Part shown: positions 1 to 9,340 of the stretch, in pieces
How the letters are laid out: each line of letters begins with the position of its first letter
Position numbering within the stretch: the stretch's first letter is position 1
IMG/VR virus record: IMGVR_UViG_3300026382_000001
DNA length: 64,000 nt
Reading direction: 5' to 3' (one strand)
DNA from: a virus
Lineage: Duplodnaviria; Heunggongvirae; Uroviricota; Caudoviricetes
Position numbers and translations under genes: made by a program
The notes under the pieces: generated by a model
Databases searched by the model: none
What the model was told of the DNA's origin: nothing
Seen by the model: only the letters and a program-made list of their open reading frames with translations

Positions 1-2
1 TG

Positions 3-71
3 CCAGCTGCTCCAACTGGTGCTCCAATGGGTCAACCAGCTCCAGCAAACTATCCTGGAATCCCAGGTTAA
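3..71 (+). CDS. 3' end of an upstream gene (partial), proline-rich C-terminus ...PAAPTGAPMGQPAPANYPGIPG*
   Basis: Open frame runs from the window edge to TAA at 69-71. This stretch is GC-richer than the rest of the window. Confidence 0.3.
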   Translation, partial: PAAPTGAPMGQPAPANYPGIPG

Positions 72-104
72 TTTAATTAGGAAAGAGAAATCTTTCCTAA
101 TTTC

Positions 105-431
105 ATGTCTTTAAATAAAAGAGGAATTATGTCAGAAAAAGAAATTGAAAAAGAAATACAAGAAAAAAATTTAAACGCTCCAAGACTTACACCAGATTTA
201 ATAGATTCCGTAATTATTGATAAATATTATCATATTGTACCAGAAACTACTATGACTATTTGCGTACTTACTTTAAAAAATGGTTTTCAAGTTATTGGAC
301 ATTCAGCCGCGGCATCTAAAGAAAATTTTGATGAGGGTATTGGACGTAAATTAGCCTTTGAAAAAGCTAGAGAGCAAATTTGGCAATTAGAAGGATATCT
401 TCTAAAACAAAAATTATTTAAGGAAAAATAA
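105..431 (+). CDS. Small conserved phage protein, Gp49-like (Phage_gp49_66-type) fold is suspected. A start at 129 (MSEKE..) with RBS AGAGGA is also possible.
   Basis: The ORF ends in the motif ..KNGFQVIGHSAAASKENFDEGIGRKLAFEKAREQIWQLEGYLL, which I recall from gp49-like phage proteins. Its stop overlaps the next start (ATGA at 431). Confidence 0.35.
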   Translation: MSLNKRGIMSEKEIEKEIQEKNLNAPRLTPDLIDSVIIDKYYHIVPETTMTICVLTLKNGFQVIGHSAAASKENFDEGIGRKLAFEKAREQIWQLEGYLLKQKLFKEK

Positions 432-1033
432 TGAAATGGATTATAGATAAAAGTTTTAGCTTCTGTTATGGGCATCGTGTTCATAATCAAAGATTAGATA
501 CAAAGTTTACCGAATCGGGAGATGCTTGTTTGGCATGTAGACATTTACATGGTCATGAAGGACTAGTAAAGGTTTTTCTAGAAGAAGGTGAAAATGGTTC
601 GAATGTAGCCGATATTGGGATGGTTACTGATTTTAAACATCTTGGTTGGTTTAAGAATTTTCTTGATGATACATTAGATCATAAATTTATTATGGATATT
701 AAAGATCCTTTATTTGAAAATGAATTTGGATTTTGTATTAAAAATAAGAATCTTATTCATATTCATAAAATGAAAGAAGGTTTTTTTATACCAGATTTAA
801 CTTTTCTTAAAGAACAACTTGATATTGATGCTACTTTAACACCAGAACAAAGATCTTCGATATTTGAAAAATACGAAGGTGCTGTTTTCGTAGACTTTGT
901 TCCAACGTCGGAAAATTTAGCAGCTTGGTTATTAGAAGTTGTTCACGAAAAAATGAAAGATCTTCCAAACGTTAGAGTTAAAGCAATTGAATATTGGGAA
1001 ACTCCTAAAAGTCATTGTAGAGTCGAAGCCTAA
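431..1033 (+). CDS. queD: QueD-like 6-carboxy-5,6,7,8-tetrahydropterin synthase (PTPS family), extended 200-aa version
   Basis: The N-terminus has CYGHRVHNQ and then CRHLHGHEG, matching the Cx3HGH zinc/catalytic signature of QueD/PTPS. FolE and QueC are also present in the window. Confidence 0.6.
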   Translation: MKWIIDKSFSFCYGHRVHNQRLDTKFTESGDACLACRHLHGHEGLVKVFLEEGENGSNVADIGMVTDFKHLGWFKNFLDDTLDHKFIMDIKDPLFENEFGFCIKNKNLIHIHKMKEGFFIPDLTFLKEQLDIDATLTPEQRSSIFEKYEGAVFVDFVPTSENLAAWLLEVVHEKMKDLPNVRVKAIEYWETPKSHCRVEA

Positions 1034-1038
1034 TCATT

Positions 1039-1950
1039 ATGACCAAGACTCAATTAAAGAAACTTGAAACTCAGAAAAATAAATTAAAACGATCTCAAAA
1101 AAAGAAAGTTAATATTTATAGAGAGTTAGATGCTTATTTATATAATAATATTCCACTCTCAGATGGGGCTTTAAGTTCTAAAACGGCTTTTAGAACGGCG
1201 GTTACTTATTTATTTGAATCTTTAATGAAAATGCCTTTGATATCTATGTACTTAGATAAACATCTTAACGGGAAAGTTGAAGGATTAATGTCTCATGATC
1301 CATATCAAATACTTGAATTTTATAAAAAATTAATTCAAGAAAATGGTATTAAAGCATATCAATTATATAAATTTTTTCCTAATAGAACCTTTCAAACTTC
1401 TATAAATACTTTAATTTCTAAAAAAGGTTATACTATTAGAGAATCTAAAGAATATTATATAAATAGAAAAGTTATTAATCCTTTAGAATTAAATGCATTA
1501 TTGGAAAATAAGGCTACTAAAAAATCAGAGGATATTGAAATAATTAATAAAGTTATTTCAGAAAGATTAGTATTTGAAAAAAGAAGATCAGAAACAGTTG
1601 CTGAAATTAAACAAGAATCCAATGATATAATAGAAAATGATTTATTTATCACTCAAATGAACGGAGAAGTTATTAAACGGTTGGGTTTAACTTTATTTGA
1701 TATAGCAGTACTTAGAAAATCAAATGAATTTTTATATACTTTTATAGATTCTAAAAATAAAAAAAGATATTATAAAGAACCATTTAAAGTTGAATTTTTT
1801 ATAAATCTTAAAACTGGAGTACTTAATAATAATTATATCGAGGATATTTCCAAAAATTTTCAAAAATATATTATTACTGATATTCAAGATTTAAGTTCTT
1901 TAAAATTTTTATTAAGTAAAATATATAAACAATTTATGAAAGATATATAA
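1039..1950 (+). CDS. hypothetical protein
   Basis: 303-aa ORF in an operon-like array. No motif recognised. Confidence 0.4.
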   Translation: MTKTQLKKLETQKNKLKRSQKKKVNIYRELDAYLYNNIPLSDGALSSKTAFRTAVTYLFESLMKMPLISMYLDKHLNGKVEGLMSHDPYQILEFYKKLIQENGIKAYQLYKFFPNRTFQTSINTLISKKGYTIRESKEYYINRKVINPLELNALLENKATKKSEDIEIINKVISERLVFEKRRSETVAEIKQESNDIIENDLFITQMNGEVIKRLGLTLFDIAVLRKSNEFLYTFIDSKNKKRYYKEPFKVEFFINLKTGVLNNNYIEDISKNFQKYIITDIQDLSSLKFLLSKIYKQFMKDI

Positions 1951-1959
1951 GGTAAAAAT

Positions 1960-2448
1960 ATGGCAAATAATGAAACTTCTGAATGGATGGGTTTTGATTT
2001 AGCAAATGAAAAAAAATACGCATTATTAATTAAAAAACTTGAATTTTTAATTCGTAAAAGTATTCAATATGATATTTGGCAAAAACGTTCTAAAATTGGA
2101 ATACAAGAATGTCCAATATGTATGGAATCGTTGTATTATTTAAAACCGGAATCGCACCATTTCCCAGAAACTTTATTCGATGTAGTTGATAATATTTTAC
2201 AACATCATATCCACGAAAATGATTTAGATTCATTAAATGAATTAGATATAGTTCAAGAAGTACTATCAAAACATAATACGAATAATATAAATTATATAGT
2301 TTTATGTAAACAGTGTCATGAAAAATATCATGATGATGTTCCAGCTACAGTTAAGGAAATGCCAGAAGCGTTTGCTAAGCAGAAGAAGGACAGATATGAT
2401 TATAGACATAAAAATATAAATAAACCGGAAAAGATAAAGGATAATTAA
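1960..2448 (+). CDS. HNH-family endonuclease-like protein
   Basis: CPICxES..SHHFP..N..CKQCHEKYH, i.e. a CxxC...HH...N...CxxCH arrangement typical of the HNH beta-beta-alpha-metal fold. Confidence 0.45.
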   Translation: MANNETSEWMGFDLANEKKYALLIKKLEFLIRKSIQYDIWQKRSKIGIQECPICMESLYYLKPESHHFPETLFDVVDNILQHHIHENDLDSLNELDIVQEVLSKHNTNNINYIVLCKQCHEKYHDDVPATVKEMPEAFAKQKKDRYDYRHKNINKPEKIKDN

Positions 2449-2921
2449 TGGAAGAAAAAGTAAATAACATAGAAGAAACTGAAAAAATAAATTTGGCAGA
2501 CGAATTTATGAATTCTCCGGAATTTAAAAAATTCTTTCCAGATCAAACTATTATTTACAGATCATTTGAATTTCCAAAAGTAGTGGTTCAAACTATTTTA
2601 TCAAATGATTTAGATCATTATAATAATAATCCTCATACTACTGAAATAACAGTTATTGAATATAATGTGATTGTTAATTTTGTAAATGATCCTGATTATG
2701 TTGGACCACTTGAAGACGCCAGTTGTGTTAAAATGATTAATTCTGATGATCCATTTACATTAACTATTCGCACTGACTTAGGTGATTCAGATAAAAAATT
2801 AGATGATGAAATTGAAAAAAAATATCTTGAAAATTTTAAAGAAGTTTTTTTAAAATTAATTCAGATAATTTTAGAAAATTTGGATGAAGACGATATTAAA
2901 AAATTAAATGAGGATGATTAA
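2448..2921 (+). CDS. hypothetical acidic protein
   Basis: 157-aa ORF with an acidic C-terminus (EDDIKKLNEDD). Start overlaps the upstream stop. Confidence 0.4.
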   Translation: MEEKVNNIEETEKINLADEFMNSPEFKKFFPDQTIIYRSFEFPKVVVQTILSNDLDHYNNNPHTTEITVIEYNVIVNFVNDPDYVGPLEDASCVKMINSDDPFTLTIRTDLGDSDKKLDDEIEKKYLENFKEVFLKLIQIILENLDEDDIKKLNEDD

Positions 2922-3673
2922 TGCAAACAGAACAAGATAAAGTAAAAGAAATTTTACGTAATTTAGAACCAAACGATAAAATTATGATTAATGCAGATCT
3001 TAAGGATATTGAATCTTTTCCAGCTCATGAAAATAAAGAACTGGGTGTTCGTTATAGAGCAGTTATGACAGAACAAGTTTCTGAAAAATTAAAAGAGGCT
3101 TTTGATTTAATGAAACTTGATCATAGAAACGATCCAAATCTTAAAGATACTCCAATGAGAGTAGCCAGTATGTGGATTAATGAATTAATGGTTGGTCGAT
3201 ATCAATCTAAACCACGTATGGAAAGTTTTCCTTTACAATTTGGTGGAGATGGAGTAGCTGTAGATAACGAGGAAATTAATACTGATATGATGATATCTAA
3301 GAAAGTTGATGTCCGTTCTTTATGTTCGCATCATTTAGCTCCATTTCATGATGTATCTGGAGATTCTCAATCTTATGCTGTAATCGCATATATACCAACC
3401 AATAGATTACTTGGAATTAGTAAATTACAGAGACTTATTAATTGGTATGGTGCTAGACCACATCTTCAAGAACAATTAACTTATCAAATCTATAAAGAGA
3501 TTTGTGACACTATTGGATCTAATAATGTTTATGTAGCATTTAAAAATATCGAACATACCTGTGAAAGTCTTAGAGGTGTAAAATCAAATTCTGGTAGAAC
3601 TAGTACCACTCAATACGGTGGAGTATTTAAGAATCCGGAATTAAGAAAAGAAGCTTTATTGCAAGCACTTTAA
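2921..3673 (+). CDS. folE: GTP cyclohydrolase I (FolE)
   Basis: Active-site region ..LCSHHLAPFHD.. and ..ELMVGRYQ.. are hallmark FolE/GCH1 segments. 250 aa. Confidence 0.75.
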   Translation: MQTEQDKVKEILRNLEPNDKIMINADLKDIESFPAHENKELGVRYRAVMTEQVSEKLKEAFDLMKLDHRNDPNLKDTPMRVASMWINELMVGRYQSKPRMESFPLQFGGDGVAVDNEEINTDMMISKKVDVRSLCSHHLAPFHDVSGDSQSYAVIAYIPTNRLLGISKLQRLINWYGARPHLQEQLTYQIYKEICDTIGSNNVYVAFKNIEHTCESLRGVKSNSGRTSTTQYGGVFKNPELRKEALLQAL

Positions 3674-3699
3674 AGTTATCCGGAATTTCCGGATAACTT
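3673..3699 (+). repeat. 27-bp near-palindrome AAGTTATCCGGAATTTCCGGATAACTT right after the folE stop (AGTTATC/GATAACT family; inner TTCCGGAA)
   Basis: Read from the sequence. The arms AGTTATC...GATAACT are shared with the elements at 12779, 24201, 32467 and 45118. Confidence 0.75.
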
Positions 3700-3722
3700 A
3701 ATAAATATAAAAAGGAAATACT

Positions 3723-3896
3723 ATGACAGAGGATATTAAACAGGTCTTAGAATATATTATCGAAACTGAAGATCCGTATGGATTAAAATCAGAAACGTTA
3801 TATAATAATATAAAAAATAGTGTCGGTACTCCAGAATCTTTAGCTAAGGTTTTTGGAGTACCTGTTGATCTTGTCGTTAAAATTAAGGAAGATTAA
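3723..3896 (+). CDS. small hypothetical protein (57 aa, MTEDIKQVLEYIIETEDPYGL...)
   Basis: Not in the ORF track because it is shorter than 60 aa. RBS AAAAGGAAA lies 6 nt upstream. Its stop overlaps the next start (TAAATG at 3894-3899). Confidence 0.4.
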   Translation: MTEDIKQVLEYIIETEDPYGLKSETLYNNIKNSVGTPESLAKVFGVPVDLVVKIKED

Positions 3897-4289
3897 ATGA
3901 AAATAGGAAATGATTTTAAAACCGAAATGCACGATTTTGATATAGATAAAATAATGGACATTGGTGGTTATAAAGCTATTATTAAAAAAGATGGTGAAGT
4001 CGTAATACAAGGTATTGGATTATTTAGTGTTAATAAAGCTCGGATAGGTAATATTAGTATAATACCTTTAGATGAAGAATCCCAGTTAGAGTTACATGAT
4101 TTTCCATTTGAAATAGAAAAGCATCAATTAATATTCCAAGTAAGTTTTAATGGATTTGCTTGGTATTTTAAAAATAAAAAGGATGCTTTTATTTTAATGG
4201 ATTTAATACTCCAAGTGAAAGAAATTGCTTTACAGCAAAAGAAAAATAAAATAAAATTTGAAGAAGATAAAGAAAAGGAAGAAAAATGA
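3897..4289 (+). CDS. hypothetical protein
   Basis: 130-aa ORF with a lysine/glutamate-rich C-terminus. Confidence 0.4.
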   Translation: MKIGNDFKTEMHDFDIDKIMDIGGYKAIIKKDGEVVIQGIGLFSVNKARIGNISIIPLDEESQLELHDFPFEIEKHQLIFQVSFNGFAWYFKNKKDAFILMDLILQVKEIALQQKKNKIKFEEDKEKEEK

Positions 4290-4843
4290 TTTTCACATGT
4301 GTAAATACAAATTGTAGAGCTAAGTTTATGGAAGAAGAAGCTTATGAAAAAGATGGTGAATTATTCTGCCCGGAATGTGATACACCAGTAGCTAAAATTA
4401 AAGAAGTTGATTTGGGAGTGGAGGAACCAGGGTTAAAATCTGGTATTGATGTTCAACCAGAATATGTCGTTGGTGCAAGAAAGTTAAATGTACCAAAAGA
4501 AGATAAAAAAGATGAAAGCCTAACAATAGAAGAAACTTCTGATATTATGAAAGAATTAGAAAGTAAAGAATTAAAAGATTGTCATAAATTAGATGATGAT
4601 GAAATTAATAGAATAATTGCTGAGTACAGAGAGGAATTAATTAGTAATCTTTTAATAAGTGACGAAGCTCAATTAGAGATTATTCGAAAATTGGCGGATG
4701 AAAAAGAAGCTGATTTAAGATTTAATCTTACTAAAGCTACTAATACTATTTTACGTGGTCAACAGTGGTTATTAAATCGAGGTCATGATACAGATGGTGA
4801 AGATGAGTATAGTATACTCGGTATGTTCGACCGATTTTGTTAA
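4286..4843 (+). CDS. hypothetical protein with N-terminal zinc-ribbon (CVNTNC...CPEC)
   Basis: Two CxxC pairs in the first 35 aa. 185 aa. Confidence 0.4.
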   Translation: MIFTCVNTNCRAKFMEEEAYEKDGELFCPECDTPVAKIKEVDLGVEEPGLKSGIDVQPEYVVGARKLNVPKEDKKDESLTIEETSDIMKELESKELKDCHKLDDDEINRIIAEYREELISNLLISDEAQLEIIRKLADEKEADLRFNLTKATNTILRGQQWLLNRGHDTDGEDEYSILGMFDRFC

Positions 4844-4852
4844 GGAGGAAAT

Positions 4853-5065
4853 ATGTCATATGCTAGCACTGGTGATGGAAATTTAGCAGCTCTTCAAAAA
4901 TACGAGGAAAAAATAGAAAAAGCAGAAAGAAATTACGCAGCTTTCGAAACAGCAATTGAAGAAGCTGGTATAGAAACAGAATTAGAAGAGTTAATCTCTA
5001 AATATAATTCTATAGCTGAAGATTTTAATATTAATGAAGACTTTAACGAGTACTTCTCAAAATAG
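4853..5065 (+). CDS. small hypothetical protein
   Basis: RBS AAGGAGGAAATATG. 70 aa. Confidence 0.45.
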   Translation: MSYASTGDGNLAALQKYEEKIEKAERNYAAFETAIEEAGIETELEELISKYNSIAEDFNINEDFNEYFSK

Positions 5066-5073
5066 GAGATAAT

Positions 5074-5313
5074 ATGAATGAAGAAAATGAAGAAATAGAA
5101 AATAATTTTCCAATTACTGGAATTTATTTAAGAGTAAAACGTGGGGGAAAATATGAAAATATTCTTATAGAAGATCTTACAAAAGAAGAACTTAAAGAAT
5201 TGTTTTTTACTTTAAACGAGGATGGAAAATATTCCAAAGATAATATGGAAGAATGGATGTTTCCAGTTTTTGAATTACTTCAAAATATAAAAGCTGCTTA
5301 TTTAAATGAATAA
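5074..5313 (+). CDS. small hypothetical protein
   Basis: RBS AGGAGATAATATG. 79 aa. Confidence 0.4.
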   Translation: MNEENEEIENNFPITGIYLRVKRGGKYENILIEDLTKEELKELFFTLNEDGKYSKDNMEEWMFPVFELLQNIKAAYLNE

Positions 5314-5791
5314 AAAAATTGCTATATATCTCGATGTAGATGGAGTATTAAATCAATATGATCATCATGAGAGAATTCGAAGATATAAGATACATAAGAA
5401 AGCCAAGTTTTCTTCAAAGACTGATGTATTTAATCCTTTTCAAAAAAAAGTACTACGTTTATATAAGCTTATTAAAAAATATAATGTAGATACTTATGTT
5501 TTTAGCGCTTGGACTTTGAAAGATTTACAACTACATGTACCTTTTAAACTTTTAGGAGATACTTGTAAATGGGCTAATCAGGTTAATGAAATATCTAAAA
5601 ATTATTCTTTTAATCTTTTAATAGATGACGAAGTATCTTCTTTTATAAATAGAGAAGAAAAAGATTATGAAAAGGGTAGATATAAATTAAATAAAAATAT
5701 AATTACTTATCAACCACATTATAATTTTGGATTAGTAAAAAAAGATTTTAAAAATTTAGAAAGGATTTTAAATGAATTTAGAATTAAATGA
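5306..5791 (+). CDS. HAD-superfamily phosphatase-like (possible 5'-deoxynucleotidase)
   Basis: N-terminal IAIYLDVDGVL (DxDGV, HAD motif I) and a later LIDDE acidic motif. This is inference only. Confidence 0.3.
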   Translation: MNKKIAIYLDVDGVLNQYDHHERIRRYKIHKKAKFSSKTDVFNPFQKKVLRLYKLIKKYNVDTYVFSAWTLKDLQLHVPFKLLGDTCKWANQVNEISKNYSFNLLIDDEVSSFINREEKDYEKGRYKLNKNIITYQPHYNFGLVKKDFKNLERILNEFRIK

Positions 5792-6278
5792 ATTTGGTAG
5801 TTGTCAATACAGTAGTATTAAAGGTTATATGGAAGAATTTAAAAACAATCTACCATTATGGACAAAAACCGATTTATATAATATCAAAATTATCCATGAA
5901 AATAAAGGAAGCATTGGGAAAGATGGGAGTATTAAATTATCTTTTTCAAGCAATGTATTGAATAAAGGTATTATTGATGAGATTATAAATAATATTAAAA
6001 AAGAATTTCTTACTATGTTAGAAGATGATAAGGAATTTTATAAGTTAGAAGACTGTCTAAATAATATAAATAATATAAAATCGATAGACGATTGTTATAA
6101 TTATTGTAAATCATGTTCTTGTGATTTATGGAGCACTAATAATTTTATTATGAATCACTTTTATAAACGAGATGTTGAAGATTTTAGTAATAATGATATG
6201 ATTGCGATAAGTATTTTATGGTTGTTAGAAAATAATATTGTTACCGATATTGAGTGTTTTTATAATTTTGATACATAA
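5772..6278 (+). CDS. hypothetical Cys-rich protein
   Basis: 168 aa, with a CYNYCKSCSCDLW cluster. Confidence 0.35.
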   Translation: MNLELNEFGSCQYSSIKGYMEEFKNNLPLWTKTDLYNIKIIHENKGSIGKDGSIKLSFSSNVLNKGIIDEIINNIKKEFLTMLEDDKEFYKLEDCLNNINNIKSIDDCYNYCKSCSCDLWSTNNFIMNHFYKRDVEDFSNNDMIAISILWLLENNIVTDIECFYNFDT

Positions 6279-6286
6279 GGAAAAAT

Positions 6287-6559
6287 ATGGAATATTTTGG
6301 AAAAGACGATTTAATTAAATGTGGTATCGAGCCAAAAATATCTGAAAAACTTTTGGCTTATTGTGCTAGATCCGGATTTATAAAAAGTAAACATTTTAAG
6401 GCTGAAGATAGTTTTAGACAACTTACTAAATATCATTCAGATGATCTTAAAAAAAGTATATTATCTAAATTAGAAGAAGCTAAAACCAATAATACGCATT
6501 TAAGATATGTTGGTTTATGGAAAGAATATTTAACAATACTATCGGAACTTAAAAAGTAA
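6287..6559 (+). CDS. hypothetical protein
   Basis: 90-aa ORF. Confidence 0.35.
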   Translation: MEYFGKDDLIKCGIEPKISEKLLAYCARSGFIKSKHFKAEDSFRQLTKYHSDDLKKSILSKLEEAKTNNTHLRYVGLWKEYLTILSELKK

Positions 6560-6569
6560 AGGATTTATT

Positions 6570-6767
6570 ATGGATAAGTATCAGGAAATGTCAGTAGTTG
6601 ATATAGATAATATATTAAAAGATCTTCCTAAAGATTTAATAAGTATTGAAAATTTGGAAAGATTAATAATTGAATTAGAAAATGATATAGGAATGTCCTT
6701 AAAAAATAAACGGGACACTATATCAATTCTAAGACAATTTTTAAATATAGTAAAAGGAAAAAAATGA
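6570..6767 (+). CDS. hypothetical protein
   Basis: 65-aa ORF. Its stop overlaps the thyX start. Confidence 0.35.
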   Translation: MDKYQEMSVVDIDNILKDLPKDLISIENLERLIIELENDIGMSLKNKRDTISILRQFLNIVKGKK

Positions 6768-7663
6768 AAGAATTTGTAAATGTACTTGGTATAAATTATT
6801 CTAAACCAAAGGTAATTTTATTAAATGAGAATGGTATTGGTTCGGCTGAATTTGCTGGAAGAGTTGCTTATGATAGCTTTGAATATAGTGAGCACGAAAG
6901 TATTCGAGAATTAAATAATCTTACCAAATTAAATGAAACGGATGATATTAACATGTCATTAACAAGAGTAAAAAGAAATGTCAATGGTATTGAAAATTCT
7001 GAATTACTCGATAGTTTAGCTTGGGTATATCATCACCATAGTGTTATTGAACATTCATCACTTACATTTTTAATAACTGGAACTTCGAGAGGTTCTTTAC
7101 AAGAAATAGTTAGACATAGAATAGCTAGTTATACAGTGCGTAGTACAAGATATACAATGTCTTCTGTATTATATGCATTTCTATTGGCAGTAAAAACTCA
7201 AACACCGAGAGAAGTATTTCATGAGTTAATAACTCCATTAGATTTATTTGTAACAGATGATAATTATAATGGTATTGAAATAGATGCTATGTTTAATAAA
7301 TTATTATATCAGAGAGATTTAGATACGGATAATTTTGCTGGAATGTGTTTATCAAAAGAAGCTTTAATTTGGTATAATACAGTTGAAAACGTAGAAGAAA
7401 TTTATAAAGGAAACAGTATTCAAAAAAGTTTCGAAATACTTAGTACTTTTAAAAAGAAACGTAATGTTGGAGATTCCTTTAAACATTTAGTAACTGATAA
7501 TTGGAAAACTGATTTAGTAATGACTATTAATCTTAGAAGTCTTAAAAACTTTTTCGAACTTAGAGATTCTGGAGCAGCTTACTTTTTAATTAGAGAACTT
7601 GCTAAAGAGATGAAAGCAAAAACTCCAAAAAAATATCTCAACCTTATGGTAAAAGAACACTAA
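6764..7663 (+). CDS. thyX: flavin-dependent thymidylate synthase ThyX
   Basis: The ThyX signature RHRIASYTVRSTRY (RHR-x7-S...RY) is present. 299 aa. Confidence 0.7.
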   Translation: MKEFVNVLGINYSKPKVILLNENGIGSAEFAGRVAYDSFEYSEHESIRELNNLTKLNETDDINMSLTRVKRNVNGIENSELLDSLAWVYHHHSVIEHSSLTFLITGTSRGSLQEIVRHRIASYTVRSTRYTMSSVLYAFLLAVKTQTPREVFHELITPLDLFVTDDNYNGIEIDAMFNKLLYQRDLDTDNFAGMCLSKEALIWYNTVENVEEIYKGNSIQKSFEILSTFKKKRNVGDSFKHLVTDNWKTDLVMTINLRSLKNFFELRDSGAAYFLIRELAKEMKAKTPKKYLNLMVKEH

Positions 7664-7956
7664 ATTTCAATTTATATTTTATCGAGTTATACCCAAATTC
7701 CTAGACACGAACCATATTATTATAGAATATTCTCGTTCTATAATAATGAATAATAATAATAGTCGCAAAATAACGAAGTTAATATTAAGATAATCGAATT
7801 AATATTAAATGTTTAAAACGTTTAATATTTTTTAAATAGAATTATCAATCAGTTATTTTATATGTGAATTTCAGCCATGTATAATTCGATAACGATTCAA
7901 TGAGAAAAAAAATAGAATCGTTTTAAAATTTAAATTAAAATTAAAAAGGAGTAATA
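7664..7956 (+). promoter_or_regulatory. 293-bp AT-rich non-coding region, probably a promoter region for the downstream gene block
   Basis: It is the longest ORF-free stretch in the early block. It contains TATAAT-like hexamers and lies upstream of a gene with RBS AAAGGAG. Confidence 0.3.
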
Positions 7957-8214
7957 TTGCCATATATTAAAAAAGAAGATCGGTTTGAAGCAACAGACTT
8001 TCCAAAAAATGCAGGGGAATTAAATTACGCCATTACAATCTTAATTCAAAAATATCTTCATAAAAATGGTTTAAATTACCAACATATAAATGATATTGTT
8101 GGAGCTCTCGATGGAGCTAAATCGGAATTTCAACGACGAGTTGTTAATCCATACGAAGATAAAAAAATTAAAGAAAATGGTGATGCGTACGCTAAAATTT
8201 TTTTAGGAAAATAA
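7957..8214 (+). CDS. hypothetical protein (TTG start)
   Basis: TTG at 7957 is preceded by AAAGGAG. 85 aa. Confidence 0.35.
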   Translation: MPYIKKEDRFEATDFPKNAGELNYAITILIQKYLHKNGLNYQHINDIVGALDGAKSEFQRRVVNPYEDKKIKENGDAYAKIFLGK

Positions 8215-8215
8215 T

Positions 8216-9340
8216 ATGGAAATAGAAATTTTTAAAAAAGAATTTATATTTACCTTACGTGGAAAAGAAACTATAAATATACAAAGAGTTAATAAAAAAT
8301 TAATTTCAGAATTTCCGAATATTTATAAAAAGATTTTAGAAAGTACTAAAAATTTTAATATCCATCCGGAATTAAATAATATTGGTAATCTTTGCAAATT
8401 ATGGTTTTATGATTTACCAAATCCAGTTTGTCAAGAATGTGGAGAACCTGTTAAAAAATTAGAGAGAACCTTTTGTAGTGTTAAATGCAGAAATAAAAAT
8501 AAAAAAATGTTAGAAATATCTAAAAAAAGTTCTATTAAAAAATATGGAGTTCCCCATTATTCCAAAACGATAGAGTTTCGTAAAAAAATAAAAGAAACAA
8601 CGGTATTTAAAGATAAAAATAAAATAAAAGAAGCCATTTTTAAAAAATATGGTGTTTATAACGTTTCTCAAATTCCAGAAATTAAAGAAAAAAGTACCAA
8701 AACATTTATTAAAAATTTTAGAAAAATAAATAATATTTCTAAAGAAAAATTTTTGAAATTTAAACAGGATTCTTTTTTAGATTTGAATGGTTTGGCTAAT
8801 TATTATAATTGGAGTCACGAATCTTTATCCCAACCTAGAAAATGGGCAAAAAGATTTAATATAGATTATACTAACCGTACGAATACTTCTATAAAAGAAA
8901 AGGAAATAATATCCTTTATAAAAGATAATTATTCTGGTAAAATTATTACAAATGATAGAAAAGTTTTAAATGGTTTGGAATTAGATATTTATTTACCTGA
9001 AATAAATTTGGCATTTGAATATAATGGTTTGTATTGGCATAGTTATGGTTTAAATAATATTTCTGAAAAACAGGGCGATTTGGAATTTCAAAAAAATAGA
9101 CATTTGGATAAAATAATCAAAAGTTCTGCTTGTAATATCGAATTAATTCATATTTTCGAAAATCAAAAATACAAGGAATTAATTTTAAATAAAATTAATT
9201 CCAATAGACAATTTTTAAAATTTGAATTAAAATGTTATAAATATAAAAATAATGATATAACAGAAGCTTTTGAAATATTAATACCAAAATATTTATTAGA
9301 TGGGTATAGAATAATTTGGATACCGGAGGAAATAGTATGA
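8216..9340 (+). CDS. homing-endonuclease-like protein: N-terminal zinc finger plus C-terminal DUF559/Vsr-like PD-(D/E)xK nuclease domain
   Basis: CQECGEP..CSVKCRN zinc finger, then LDIYLPEINLAFEYNGLYWH. The C-terminal motif D-Y-P...I-EY-G..H matches those of the ORFs at 10650, 16272 and 63566. Confidence 0.5.
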   Translation: MEIEIFKKEFIFTLRGKETINIQRVNKKLISEFPNIYKKILESTKNFNIHPELNNIGNLCKLWFYDLPNPVCQECGEPVKKLERTFCSVKCRNKNKKMLEISKKSSIKKYGVPHYSKTIEFRKKIKETTVFKDKNKIKEAIFKKYGVYNVSQIPEIKEKSTKTFIKNFRKINNISKEKFLKFKQDSFLDLNGLANYYNWSHESLSQPRKWAKRFNIDYTNRTNTSIKEKEIISFIKDNYSGKIITNDRKVLNGLELDIYLPEINLAFEYNGLYWHSYGLNNISEKQGDLEFQKNRHLDKIIKSSACNIELIHIFENQKYKELILNKINSNRQFLKFELKCYKYKNNDITEAFEILIPKYLLDGYRIIWIPEEIV

